Below the pieces are notes generated by a model. It saw nothing but the letters and a program-made list of their open reading frames with translations. It did not search any database and was not told the DNA's origin. A program made the translations under genes and the position numbers. Shown in pieces: positions 45,965 through 56,192 of a stretch of DNA of 64,000 nt (positions within the stretch are counted from its first letter, which is position 1; each line of letters opens with the position of its first letter). The stretch comes from a virus. The stretch is taken from positions 64,001 to 128,000 of the IMG/VR virus record IMGVR_UViG_3300033182_000769. One strand, 5' to 3'.

Positions 45965-47431
45965 TTATCCGTTCAAGTCAAAGCGCCACGAACCGGCTGC
46001 GTATTCCCCTTCAAATGACTTGAGCCATTGGACACCGTCCCATTTATATTGTATTCCTGTTCTTAGGTTTTTAATATATGTAGGAGTAGCAATTGGATCT
46101 GCAGGATCAAACACCTCTGACCAGACAGTGCCAGTCCATTCAACTATTGAATTAGCATAGATCACTGTATCATCGCCGTTAGCATCTTTCCACGCATCCG
46201 GACCGTCGTAACCAGTTTCGCCAACGTTTTTACTAACGTTAACATCATCAAGCATAAGATAGCGTGTTCCTGCGGGTATATTATTAATGCCGTTCCATAA
46301 ATTTATTGGATCAAACTTATAAGGATCTATAATAGCATCAATTGTTGTCAGTGACGATGCAGATCTGTAAATAGAAGGTATTGACGTATTAGTTGGAATA
46401 GTATCCTGGTCAAACGTAACAACCATAACAGACTCGTCTAATGGATTAATAGCAAACGTTCCTACCATTTCAGTTCCATTTGGCTGCATGAAGTAAATCT
46501 TACTACTTGGAGTGTTAGCACCGTACTTCTCAATAACAACATTCCAGTCATGTGGCTTGCCTGTTTTAGCAGGAACTTCTTCGAGATCTACGTCTAAACC
46601 TGCATCTGTATCGCCAATAATGGTTACATCGTAATCGTATGGCTGACCGTTGTTTGATTTGAATATTAGTACGGGAACACGAGGAGAAATAATCTCTTGT
46701 GCTTCGCCATCTGCTTCATTATAAATGATCTGATCTATTTCTTTAATATTGCCTTCTTCTGTAAAAATATTAGCAATAATAGTTTGAATAATACCAAGTT
46801 TCTTAACTTTAGCAGGCGGTGATAACCATACAGGCATTTCAAATTCTACAGATGCAATGTCAATGTCTGTGTCTGTTCCTGCAGGTATAGTACGAGAACT
46901 AAACTGTAAGTTTTGTAGATATACTGCACTTAAACTGGTCCAATCGATGTAATTGTCAGTAGTTTGAATTTCCAGTGCTGGATTAAACAATACCAGTATT
47001 TGTTCTAACAACTGTAATTTTTGATCTGTGTTTGAAGTCCAAATGTCTGCCTTCATACGCATTTTAAATGGAGTAGGCATTAAGCGTTCTACAGTATATC
47101 CTGCGCCTTGTGCACCTGTATATGCAGGGTCGCCTGTTGAGTCAAACTCATAATTTCTTTCACGTATATGCATTTTACTTGTAAAGGTTGCATCGCTTAA
47201 ACGTGATGCATCCAACTCTAAATTAGTAATATAACAAGCAATGCGCGGAACATTAGGAAGTTTGTTTTCGCTGTTTTCACGAATAATGTTTGCAACCTGT
47301 CTGGTCATGTCGCCATACATAACAGGAACACTCGTTTGTGTACCGTCACCCGCTTCGTATTTAAAACCGATAAAGATACGCATAAACTGAGTAACGTACC
47401 TTCTTACTTGACCGTCGTAAAAGAAATCCAT
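45965..47431 (-). CDS. gp15: Tail sheath stabiliser/completion protein (T4 gp15-like) with C-terminal extension
   Basis: FFYD.Q.RRY...F, VPVMYG, PTPF, QLLEQILVLFNP; downstream of the neck gene. Confidence 0.8.
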   Translation of the reverse strand: MDFFYDGQVRRYVTQFMRIFIGFKYEAGDGTQTSVPVMYGDMTRQVANIIRENSENKLPNVPRIACYITNLELDASRLSDATFTSKMHIRERNYEFDSTGDPAYTGAQGAGYTVERLMPTPFKMRMKADIWTSNTDQKLQLLEQILVLFNPALEIQTTDNYIDWTSLSAVYLQNLQFSSRTIPAGTDTDIDIASVEFEMPVWLSPPAKVKKLGIIQTIIANIFTEEGNIKEIDQIIYNEADGEAQEIISPRVPVLIFKSNNGQPYDYDVTIIGDTDAGLDVDLEEVPAKTGKPHDWNVVIEKYGANTPSSKIYFMQPNGTEMVGTFAINPLDESVMVVTFDQDTIPTNTSIPSIYRSASSLTTIDAIIDPYKFDPINLWNGINNIPAGTRYLMLDDVNVSKNVGETGYDGPDAWKDANGDDTVIYANSIVEWTGTVWSEVFDPADPIATPTYIKNLRTGIQYKWDGVQWLKSFEGEYAAGSWRFDLNG

Positions 47432-47583
47432 TATTTTTCCTGCTTGCTCGCTGTTCTATATTGTTTTAACTTATCCTGCACCTTTTGATTTAAATTCTTA
47501 TCATCTTTTGCAGGAGGACGCTTCTTAACTGTATGCGTCTTAGGACGCTTGGTAGCAAAACCAAATATCTCATCTATACGCAT
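47431..47583 (-). CDS. Small basic protein (50 aa), absent from the ORF track
   Basis: MRIDEIFGFATKRPKTHTVKKRPPAKDDKNLNQKVQDKLKQYRTASKQEK; TAATG stop/start overlaps at both ends. Confidence 0.7.
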   Translation of the reverse strand: MRIDEIFGFATKRPKTHTVKKRPPAKDDKNLNQKVQDKLKQYRTASKQEK

Positions 47584-48962
47584 TACTCGTCTGCCTCTGG
47601 ACGCAATGCCTTATGTAAACTTTGCTTCTCTTTAACTTGCTTACCGTTAATATTATTAACCTTGTCGTTATTAATAAATGAAGTTTTCTGAGTTTGTCTT
47701 TCGTCCTTATCTTCAAATGGTGCACCAGTTGCAACATCGTCACCGCCTAAGTTACTCATAGTCATTCTTATGTTATCTTCTATTTTAACCCATCGAGTTC
47801 CGTCAAATCTAAACAATCTATTTGGCATATAATCTGTTCTTAAACAATATTGTCCTTGTATTGCATTTAATGGATAAGCGATACCTTGCGTAAATGGAGC
47901 ACCGTTTGACGGTAGCCCATCCCCTACGATGTAGCCCGGATATGCATTACCTTCCGGAGTTTGGTATGCTGTATCTGCTGTGATAGCCATATACACTTCA
48001 TTGCCTTGATCGTCATATAGTGTATTGCCATCTTCATCTGTTGACGGAATTAATAAATCGTCGCTATCTGCTGTAACAAGTTGTGCTTTACCGTTTTCAT
48101 CTGGTTGTAATGTGTAGAACATTGTTGTATCAAAACCAGACTTAGGAGCATCTTCCTCTGCTTGATCAAGAACTGCTTGTGTAATCTGCATTTCTTTTTC
48201 GTATGTTGACATTATATCGCGTAACGAATCAGCAATACGATAGTATTCGTCATTGGGCGGAGTAATACCTGTAACTTGTTTTATAACAGTATATTTGATG
48301 CCATCATACTCAATAACATCATTAGGGAAGTATGTACTTTGTACGTTCCACGCACCTTTATAATTCTCTGTATCTGCAATCCCATCAAGTATTTGTTTGA
48401 ACTCTTGAGAGTCTACTAAAGGAACACATTTAGCACGATACAGATGCGGGTACCAAGTTACACTAAAACCTTCTGCTGCACGATTTACTTCTTCTACAAC
48501 ATAGAATCGTTTTAATGCAAACTGTAAATCATTAAGAGCATATTCGTCTTTTAAGTGAGGCAATTCAATTACATCTCCTGACATAATTTTTCTGCCTAAT
48601 TTTTCTACTGTATCGTTGATGTGGAAAGTAATAAAAATAGTGTCGTTTTGTAAAAACAGGCCAAATTGACTAAGATTAAAGTCAATGTCTTGTATATGGT
48701 ACACACCTCTCAATATGTACACGTCAGGATCATATTTTCGATCTCTGTTTTCTAAAAACAGCATATCTTGAATATTAAATGGGTTATCACCGCCGGTATA
48801 TTCTGGTGTGCTTGGAGTATTTCCCTGCGCAGCAGAATCCGGCCCAATATACTTGTGAACTAACACATCGACACCACCGACCTGGAACATTTCCCAGGCA
48901 GTTCTGTCCATAAATTTAAAATCGTTGCCCTTTTCAGGACGGTATAAACTCAGTCTCGGCAT
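47583..48962 (-). CDS. Neck / head-tail connector protein (T4 gp14-like)
   Basis: LSQFGLFLQND.IFITFH and GDVIELPHL; divergent from gp13-like and upstream of gp15-like; TAAATA at 48971-48976 (-). Confidence 0.7.
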   Translation of the reverse strand: MPRLSLYRPEKGNDFKFMDRTAWEMFQVGGVDVLVHKYIGPDSAAQGNTPSTPEYTGGDNPFNIQDMLFLENRDRKYDPDVYILRGVYHIQDIDFNLSQFGLFLQNDTIFITFHINDTVEKLGRKIMSGDVIELPHLKDEYALNDLQFALKRFYVVEEVNRAAEGFSVTWYPHLYRAKCVPLVDSQEFKQILDGIADTENYKGAWNVQSTYFPNDVIEYDGIKYTVIKQVTGITPPNDEYYRIADSLRDIMSTYEKEMQITQAVLDQAEEDAPKSGFDTTMFYTLQPDENGKAQLVTADSDDLLIPSTDEDGNTLYDDQGNEVYMAITADTAYQTPEGNAYPGYIVGDGLPSNGAPFTQGIAYPLNAIQGQYCLRTDYMPNRLFRFDGTRWVKIEDNIRMTMSNLGGDDVATGAPFEDKDERQTQKTSFINNDKVNNINGKQVKEKQSLHKALRPEADE

Positions 48963-49006
48963 AGTACTTGTATTTACCGTTTCTTGCACAAGGCATAAAT
49001 AGTTAT

Positions 49007-49765
49007 ATGAGTAATATTGATACTGCCAAGCAAGAAGTTTTTGATTACTGTCGCACTATGTTAGGCGACGGAATGATCGATGTTGAGCTTGATCCTGAAC
49101 ATTACGAAGCAGCATTAAAACGCTCTTTAGGAGTATTCCGTCAAAGATCAGAAAATTCTGTAGAAGAGAGTTTTGCGTTTTTAACATTAGAACCTGATCG
49201 TAATGAATATATCATGCCTAAAGAAATTCAAACCGTTAGACAAGTTTTCCGTCGTAGCGTTGGATCAAGAACAGGTGGAGGCCAGGGCGGCACAGTATTT
49301 GAACCTTTCAACTTAGCATATACAAATACGTACCTATTAAGTTCAACTAATATGGGCGGTCTTGCTACATACGAACTATTTGCTCAATATCAAGAACTTG
49401 TAGGAAAGATGTTTGGTTCGTTTATTAATTTTGTGTGGAACCCACAAAGTAAAAAATTAGTTATTCAACAACGTCCAAGAGCAACGGAACAAGTTATGCT
49501 TCATGTTTATAATGAAAAGCCTGATTTTGCTATTCTTGATGATGTGTATTCCGGACAGTGGATTAGAGATTATACCCTTGCAAATTGCAAAGTAATGTTA
49601 GGTCAAGCACGTGAAAAGTTTGCAAGTATCGCAGGCCCACAAGGTGGTACTGCTCTAAACGGTACAAGCATGAAACAAGAAGGTCAAGCAGACATCGAAA
49701 GACTCACTATAGAATTAACCACGCAAGTTCCGGGCGGCAGCGGCTATGGATGGTTAATAGGCTAA
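49007..49765 (+). CDS. gp13: Neck protein (T4 gp13-like)
   Basis: LGDGMIDVEL, WIRDYTLA..K..LG..R.KF..I.GP.GG..LNG; CATAAATA-N5-ATG. Confidence 0.85.
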   Translation: MSNIDTAKQEVFDYCRTMLGDGMIDVELDPEHYEAALKRSLGVFRQRSENSVEESFAFLTLEPDRNEYIMPKEIQTVRQVFRRSVGSRTGGGQGGTVFEPFNLAYTNTYLLSSTNMGGLATYELFAQYQELVGKMFGSFINFVWNPQSKKLVIQQRPRATEQVMLHVYNEKPDFAILDDVYSGQWIRDYTLANCKVMLGQAREKFASIAGPQGGTALNGTSMKQEGQADIERLTIELTTQVPGGSGYGWLIG

Positions 49766-50244
49766 TGAGATTTGACGAATTTAAAATTGACGAAGTGGTT
49801 ACTCGTGTTGAGTTTGCAGATGGCCAGAAGAAATTCTTGCGCACATACGGCAAAATGAGCAACGACGAAATTATCGCTTACTTTAAAAAGATGGGCAAGG
49901 AAGTAGTTTGTATTCAAGGTGATTGCGATCTAAATGATGAATACTACAACGAAACTGCTAAAATGGTTTGGGGTGTAGGCAAGCATAATGCTCGTAGCGG
50001 CCAAACAAAACTCCGCTTCCGTTGCTCAGCAGGACCACGCAGCGGCAGACAGGTGAGCCATCCTTCAAAATGTGTTCAACAGTATGACTTCGCTAAGTCA
50101 CAACAAATGAAACGCACCCGTGCAAGAACAGCACCTACACAAGCAAGACGCCAAAAGCGTACCAAAGCAATCAATACAGCAAGCACACTTGCTCGTAAAA
50201 TGAATAATCCAGGAAAGGTTATTCGTCCAAAACCTTGGTATTAA
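49765..50244 (+). CDS. Hypothetical protein with a basic C-terminal half
   Basis: TAATG coupling to gp13; RFRCSAGPRSGRQVSHPSKC and an Arg/Lys-rich tail. Confidence 0.7.
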   Translation: MRFDEFKIDEVVTRVEFADGQKKFLRTYGKMSNDEIIAYFKKMGKEVVCIQGDCDLNDEYYNETAKMVWGVGKHNARSGQTKLRFRCSAGPRSGRQVSHPSKCVQQYDFAKSQQMKRTRARTAPTQARRQKRTKAINTASTLARKMNNPGKVIRPKPWY

Positions 50245-50247
50245 AGG

Positions 50248-50275
50248 TTGACTTTCAAAATCAATATGTTATAAT
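50248..50275 (+). promoter_or_regulatory. Sigma70-type early promoter with extended -10
   Basis: TTGACT-N16-TATAAT with TGn directly before the -10; SD AAGGAG follows. Confidence 0.75.
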
Positions 50276-50298
50276 ATAGTTCTATTAAGGAGTATATT

Positions 50299-50538
50299 GT
50301 GGCAAAGAAAGAAGTAAGCGACGGCTCAACCGCTAACTATTATGAATTACCTAAAGATGCTAAAGAACTACAGCATCTAATTTCCTATAAAAACATGAAC
50401 GGACAGATGGCCGAGATCTTTCGTGCTGTTTATCGTTACGGACAAGTAGAGCATTCACCAAGATTGCGTGATGCTAAAAAGATCAAATACTATATTGACG
50501 CAGAGATTGAGCGTTTAGAAAAATATGGAGACTGTTAA
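50299..50538 (+). CDS. Small DUF3310-like protein (possible nucleotide kinase)
   Basis: G....YY...IF+A.YRYG......D..K..YY...EI pattern; GTG start with strong SD. Confidence 0.5.
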   Translation: MAKKEVSDGSTANYYELPKDAKELQHLISYKNMNGQMAEIFRAVYRYGQVEHSPRLRDAKKIKYYIDAEIERLEKYGDC

Positions 50539-50873
50539 AAGTCCGGAAGCAGATCTCCCTGTTTCCAGGTAGTCTCAGTAGTTGATAGAATAACAGCACA
50601 ATTAGAGCATAACGTTTTTAGATTTGACGGCCGGCAGTTATTAAGATTACCGTCAACATGGAACACTTTAAAGACTCCTTTGTGTTGCGATTTATATCCG
50701 CACTTGTCACAAACATTCTTCTTTTTATAACCTGCACGTTTCCATCTTGGTATACCGTGGTTAGGACCTTTAGTTAAACACGACTCGCACTGACTTCTAT
50801 AGTAGACTTTCTTTCCTTTTTTATAGTTCACTGCTCGCGGGCGTTCATTACAGGTCTTACAAAGCGGTCTCAT
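50535..50873 (-). CDS. Zn-finger / HNH-like protein
   Basis: Four CxxC pairs and HVDGNLNNCRPSNLKTLCSNC; TAAATA-N5-ATG. Confidence 0.7.
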   Translation of the reverse strand: MRPLCKTCNERPRAVNYKKGKKVYYRSQCESCLTKGPNHGIPRWKRAGYKKKNVCDKCGYKSQHKGVFKVFHVDGNLNNCRPSNLKTLCSNCAVILSTTETTWKQGDLLPDF

Positions 50874-50986
50874 ATTATTATTTACACCTTTTCTGCCCCT
50901 TTTTCGTATGCTATAACGCCTACTTTTTTGTCTTAACCGCTAAATACACATAGTAACAAAACTACTATTACCAGGAGATTAAAGGT

Positions 50987-53900
50987 ATGGCACTAACATC
51001 ACCAGGCGTAGAAGTTACAGTAATTGACGAGAGCTTTTACACACCGGCTGCACCCGGAACAGTTCCGTTAATCGTTGTAGCAACAGCCGAGAATAAAATG
51101 AACGGCGCTGGCACTGGCACAGCGGCTGCAACTACAGCAGCAAATGTAGGCAACGCCTATAAAGTAACAAGTCAGAAAGAATTAATTGATCTTTTCGGAG
51201 TACCATTCTTTGAGAAGACAGCAAGTAGCACACCAATTCATGGATCAGAAAGAAACGAATATGGACTTTTAGCAGCATACAGTTTGTTAGGTGTTTCAAA
51301 CTCAGCATTTATTGTTCGTGCAAACGTAGACCTTGCAGAATTAGAAGGAAAATCAGAGGCTCCAGGAGCGAATCCGGACGATGGCACATGGTGGGTAGAC
51401 ACAAGAGCTACAGCATGGGGCATCCAAGAGTGGAATGGCGCAGCCATTAGCACCACAGGCGGTCAAAAATTTGCCGCAAAAACCCCAATTGTTTTAACAG
51501 ACGACGATACAACTAAGATTGACAACGGTATGCCTGTAATGGCAGTAGGTGCTATTGGTGATTACGCAGTTGTATTCCAAACTGTAGGAACAGATGGCAC
51601 GTTCTCAGCAACAAAAGAGAATGCAAAAGTTTACTATAAGTCAGCAGGTAACACTCAAGCAGGCGTTGCAGCAGGACAGTGGACATTAGTTGGAAGTCAA
51701 GCATGGGCTTCAAGTCATCCAACTGTAATGGGAGGGGTTGTTACAGTAGCAACCTTAACAGCAGGTAACTTTACACTAAATGGAACCACTATTACTATCT
51801 CAGGCGGCGACGTACTTGACGACTTAGTAGCCACAATTAACGGCTTAACAGAAACACAAGGTATTACTGCTAAAAATGTAAACAGTAAATTATACTTGTT
51901 CACTGATGGCGGTTTAGACGACAATGTAGGTGATAGTTCTTTAGCAAATGCTATTGTTGTTGGTGCAGGTACAGCAGACTTAAATGAAATTGGCATTATT
52001 GCTAAAACATACTATGGTCCAGAACTTTATCAGGCTCCACATACACAAGTGCCAGAGTGGAAAGCCAATGATACAGCACCACGCCCAACAGGCAGTGTAT
52101 GGATCAAAACTACAGAACCAAACAACGGAGCACGTTGGAGAGTTAAGCGTTGGGACAGCAACATTTTAAGTTGGGTTTCATACGAGGCTCCGATTTATGC
52201 TTCAACAAACGCAGCGTTATACTATTTAGATAGAGCAGGCGCAGGCGCAAACATTGCAACAGACAGTTTATTTGTTCAGTCAAATGCAACTGAAAACTCT
52301 GGATTTGACGACAGTCCGGCTACTGCTGCATTCCGTGTATGGCGCAGAGCAGCAACTGGTGCAACTACAATTACATCAGCAATTATTGCTTCTGGATCAT
52401 TTACAGCGGGTGCTAACTCATTCACAATTGAAGAGAGTTTAAAAGGACGTATTGATTTAGGTACGTCAGACGAAGCAGCAACTCCTACTTATGCAGGTAT
52501 TGAAGTTTCATTCACAGCAGCAGGCAATACATCTGCAGATGCATTTACTATTGCTGGAGCAATTAACTCAGCAGGATTTACTAACATTGAAGCAACAGTT
52601 AGTGATGACAACGAAGTTGTTATTTCTCACAGATTAGGCGGCGATTTCCGTATTACGGACGGAACTAACACTCCTATTTCAGCAGTATTCACAACTTATA
52701 ACATTGACACACAAGGCGGAACAAGCAACTTGTACGCATTACCAGCAGGTGCAAGCCAAGACATGGTTGCTACTAACTGGATGCCTTTAGCAGCAAGCGA
52801 CTTCCATGCTGGTGCTAATGACCCAACTAACGAACCTACTGATGGTACACTTTGGTATAACCCAGAGTTTAGTGACGTAGATATGATGATTCATAACGGT
52901 AGTGATTGGGTAGGATACCAAAACTACAGTGCAGCATATCAGAGTACTGATCCGGCAGGCCCGCAAGTTACTGCAAGTAAACCAAGATTACAAAGTAACG
53001 GTGATCCATTAGTTGATGGAGATCTTTGGATTAGCACCGCTGATTTAGAGAACTTCCCAACTATCTACAGATACAACGGCGATTTGTTAGAATGGATCAT
53101 GCTTGATAAAGCAGACCAAGTAACTGAAGAAGGTGTGTTGTTTGCAGATGCACGTTACGGTACTTCAGGCGCAACAGGCGACACTGCGGCATCTATTGTA
53201 GACTTGTTAACAAGTAACTACTTAGACCCAGACGCACCAGATCCAGCACTATATCCAAAAGGTATGTTGTTATGGAATACACGTAGAAGCGGCGGCAACG
53301 TTAAGCGTTACGTTAACAATTATATTGACGTAAATAGTGACAATCCACGCTTTGGTGACCAAGCAATGAGTGGTTACGCAACTGACCGTTGGGTTACTGC
53401 TTCTCCAAATGCTGAAGATGGTTCAGGACAGTTTGGTCGTAAGGCACAACGTTCTGTTGTTATCCAAGCAATGAAGAGCATTGTTGATACAAGTGATCAA
53501 GCACGTGATGAAGAGCGTCGCAACTTTAACTTAATTGCTGCTCCTGGTTATCCGGAACTAATGAGCAACTTGGTTAACTTAAACATTGACAGAGGCTTAA
53601 CAGCATTTGTTATTGGTGACACTCCATTCCGCTTACCAGCAGACGCAACAAGTTTAACTACTTGGGGTACTAACGCTAACTTAGTAACTGATAACGGCGA
53701 CGACGGTATTGTTACATACGACGAATACATGGCTTGTTTCTATCCAAACGGTTTCACAACTGATTTGGGCGGTAGCAACGCAGTTGTTCCTGCTTCGCAC
53801 ATGATGCTAAGAACTATTGCACTAAGCGATAATGTCTCTTACCCATGGTTTGCTCCAGCAGGCACAAGACGTGGTGGTATTACTAACGCAACAGCAGTTG

Positions 53901-54370
53901 GATATCTTGATTCACTAAGCGGTGAATTCCAAACTGTAGCACTTAACGAAGGACAACGTGATACACTTTATGACTTAAAAGTTAACCCAATTACATTCTT
54001 TAATGGTGTTGGTCTTGTTAACTACGGTCAAAAGACTCGCGCAAGAAACGCAAGTGCATTAGATAGAATTAACGTGGCACGTTTAGTAGTTTACTTGCGT
54101 ACACAGTTAAACAGATTAGCTCGTCCTTATATCTTTGAACCAAATGATAAGATTACAAGAGATGAAGTTAAGCAGGCTGTCGAGAGCTTACTACTTGAAC
54201 TGGTAGGCTTAAGAGCACTATACGACTTCGCAGTTGTTTGTGATGAATCTAACAACACGCCAAGCAGAATTGATCGTAACGAACTTTGGGTAGACATTGC
54301 GATTGAACCTGTTAAAGCAGTTGAATTCATTTACATTCCACTAAGAGTTAAGAACACAGGAGAAATTTAA
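50987..54370 (+). CDS. gp18: Tail sheath protein (T4 gp18 family, 1127 aa)
   Basis: SPGVEVTVIDES, PWFAPAGTRRG, DRINVARL, FEPND and EFIYIP; TAAATA at 50941-50946. Confidence 0.95.
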   Translation: MALTSPGVEVTVIDESFYTPAAPGTVPLIVVATAENKMNGAGTGTAAATTAANVGNAYKVTSQKELIDLFGVPFFEKTASSTPIHGSERNEYGLLAAYSLLGVSNSAFIVRANVDLAELEGKSEAPGANPDDGTWWVDTRATAWGIQEWNGAAISTTGGQKFAAKTPIVLTDDDTTKIDNGMPVMAVGAIGDYAVVFQTVGTDGTFSATKENAKVYYKSAGNTQAGVAAGQWTLVGSQAWASSHPTVMGGVVTVATLTAGNFTLNGTTITISGGDVLDDLVATINGLTETQGITAKNVNSKLYLFTDGGLDDNVGDSSLANAIVVGAGTADLNEIGIIAKTYYGPELYQAPHTQVPEWKANDTAPRPTGSVWIKTTEPNNGARWRVKRWDSNILSWVSYEAPIYASTNAALYYLDRAGAGANIATDSLFVQSNATENSGFDDSPATAAFRVWRRAATGATTITSAIIASGSFTAGANSFTIEESLKGRIDLGTSDEAATPTYAGIEVSFTAAGNTSADAFTIAGAINSAGFTNIEATVSDDNEVVISHRLGGDFRITDGTNTPISAVFTTYNIDTQGGTSNLYALPAGASQDMVATNWMPLAASDFHAGANDPTNEPTDGTLWYNPEFSDVDMMIHNGSDWVGYQNYSAAYQSTDPAGPQVTASKPRLQSNGDPLVDGDLWISTADLENFPTIYRYNGDLLEWIMLDKADQVTEEGVLFADARYGTSGATGDTAASIVDLLTSNYLDPDAPDPALYPKGMLLWNTRRSGGNVKRYVNNYIDVNSDNPRFGDQAMSGYATDRWVTASPNAEDGSGQFGRKAQRSVVIQAMKSIVDTSDQARDEERRNFNLIAAPGYPELMSNLVNLNIDRGLTAFVIGDTPFRLPADATSLTTWGTNANLVTDNGDDGIVTYDEYMACFYPNGFTTDLGGSNAVVPASHMMLRTIALSDNVSYPWFAPAGTRRGGITNATAVGYLDSLSGEFQTVALNEGQRDTLYDLKVNPITFFNGVGLVNYGQKTRARNASALDRINVARLVVYLRTQLNRLARPYIFEPNDKITRDEVKQAVESLLLELVGLRALYDFAVVCDESNNTPSRIDRNELWVDIAIEPVKAVEFIYIPLRVKNTGEI

Positions 54371-54371
54371 A

Positions 54372-55001
54372 ATGCCTATTACTTCACTTAACAACTTTGG
54401 AGTTCCATTAGACGGCGGCAACCAAGTATTGTTAATGCCAAAACTCAAGTATCGTTTTAGGGTAACACTCCTGAACTTTGGTGCTGAGTCAGCAACAGAA
54501 TTAACAAAACAAGTGGTTGACGTAACTCGTCCTAAAGTGGGCTTTGAAGAAATTCAATTAGATGTTTACAACTCAAAGGTATTCTTAGCAGGTAAGTATA
54601 ACTTAGAGGCTGTAACATTGAACCTACGTGATGATGCAAGCGGTTTCGTACAGAAACTGGTTGGTCAACAGATTCAGAAACAATTCGATTTCATTGAGCA
54701 GGCATCTGCAAGATCAGGTATTGACTACAAGTTCACTACAAGAATCGAAGTATTAGACGGTGGAAACGCAGGTCATACGCCAAACATTTTAGAGACATTT
54801 AATATGTATGGTTGTTTCTTATCAAACACTGATTACGGTGACATGAACTATGCTACTAACGAAGCAGCAACAGTTGCACTAACTATCCGTTACGATAACT
54901 TAGAGCAATGGGCTGCTGGTGAAGCGCAAACAAGTATTGCAGGCGGTATTGGTGCAGCAGTTGCACGTACACTTGGCGAAACTACAACAGGCGCAAGTTA
55001 A
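54372..55001 (+). CDS. gp19: Tail tube protein (T4 gp19-like)
   Basis: Follows the sheath gene; PKLKYRFRV, GCFL...YGD..Y and LTIRYD. Confidence 0.85.
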   Translation: MPITSLNNFGVPLDGGNQVLLMPKLKYRFRVTLLNFGAESATELTKQVVDVTRPKVGFEEIQLDVYNSKVFLAGKYNLEAVTLNLRDDASGFVQKLVGQQIQKQFDFIEQASARSGIDYKFTTRIEVLDGGNAGHTPNILETFNMYGCFLSNTDYGDMNYATNEAATVALTIRYDNLEQWAAGEAQTSIAGGIGAAVARTLGETTTGAS

Positions 55002-55024
55002 CAGTAAATTGTTTCATTTACTTC

Positions 55025-55057
55025 AAAAGGCCCGGACTAATAATCCGGGCTTTTTTT
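55025..55057 (+). terminator. Intrinsic terminator after the tail tube gene
   Basis: GCCCGGA-CTAATAA-TCCGGGC followed by a T7 tract. Confidence 0.9.
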
Positions 55058-55073
55058 ATAGATAAATATTATT

Positions 55074-56192
55074 ATGGCAAACAAATTCACAAGGTATCTC
55101 ACAGACTTTGCATCCGGTTTTATTAGCGGAGCAACTAATCCTAAAGGCCAAATGTCTAACTGGCGCCACGCCACACGATTGTTCGTAGACGATACGTTTA
55201 GATTAGCACCTAAGCATAAGTTTAATTATTATGTTAGGTTTGAAATTGACAAAACCGCAGTAAAAGCACCGTCATTTAATGATAAGCATATTGAAGAAGT
55301 TGGGCTTTTGGTTAAAAGTTGCGATTTGCCTAAATTTAGTTTTGAAACTTCTACTCTTAACCAGTATAACAGAAAGAAAATTGTTTATACAAATTACGGT
55401 TACGATCCTTTAAACTTCACAATGCACGACGACAATAATGCAGTCATTAACTCGTTATGGGCAATATATTGGGGACATTATGTAAAGGATAGACACAATC
55501 CTGTAACTGCATTTGACAATAATATGTATAGAGCAGCAGATGCAGATACTTTAAACTTTAGATATGGTTTAGACAATAATCGAAGTGCTGATATGTTTAA
55601 ATCTATTTCAATTTATACTATGGGGCGTAGAAGGTTTGTAGGTTATACATTAATCAATCCAAAGATTACAACCTGGCAACACGGTATACGAGATCACTCA
55701 GATTCACAAGGCATGGGTGAAAGTTCAATGACTGTACAATTTGAAAACGTAGTGTATAGTGCTGGTATGGTTGAGCCTGGCCAACCTAAAGGGTTTGCAA
55801 ATTTACACTACGACACCTCTCCAAGTCCGCTAAGTGTTGCAGGTGGTGGCATTGCATCTTTAACAGGTAGTGGCGGTGTACTTGACGGACTTGAACAAGT
55901 CTTTGGTGCAGTCGGCGACGGTTCTGCATTTAGTAGTCCTGGAAACTTTTTATCAACAGTTGCTAAAGGAATCAATACTTATAAAAATGCATCAAATCTA
56001 ACTGCAAGTAGTTTAATGTCTGAAGGCATGAATATATTATCCACGCCCGGCGCATTATCACAAATCAGCGGCGGCGTTACAAGTGTTGTTGGTGCAGTAT
56101 TTCCTAAAAGCGATACTAACAACACAGTAACACAAGCAACGGCGAAATCAATGGTTTCAAATAGCAATTGGGTTAATCCAAACGGTCCATAA
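55074..56192 (+). CDS. Tail tube-fold baseplate junction protein (T4 gp48/gp54-like)
   Basis: LVKSCDLPKF...NQYNRK...YDP..FT.HDD tube-like fold; GATAAATA-N5-ATG. Confidence 0.65.
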   Translation: MANKFTRYLTDFASGFISGATNPKGQMSNWRHATRLFVDDTFRLAPKHKFNYYVRFEIDKTAVKAPSFNDKHIEEVGLLVKSCDLPKFSFETSTLNQYNRKKIVYTNYGYDPLNFTMHDDNNAVINSLWAIYWGHYVKDRHNPVTAFDNNMYRAADADTLNFRYGLDNNRSADMFKSISIYTMGRRRFVGYTLINPKITTWQHGIRDHSDSQGMGESSMTVQFENVVYSAGMVEPGQPKGFANLHYDTSPSPLSVAGGGIASLTGSGGVLDGLEQVFGAVGDGSAFSSPGNFLSTVAKGINTYKNASNLTASSLMSEGMNILSTPGALSQISGGVTSVVGAVFPKSDTNNTVTQATAKSMVSNSNWVNPNGP

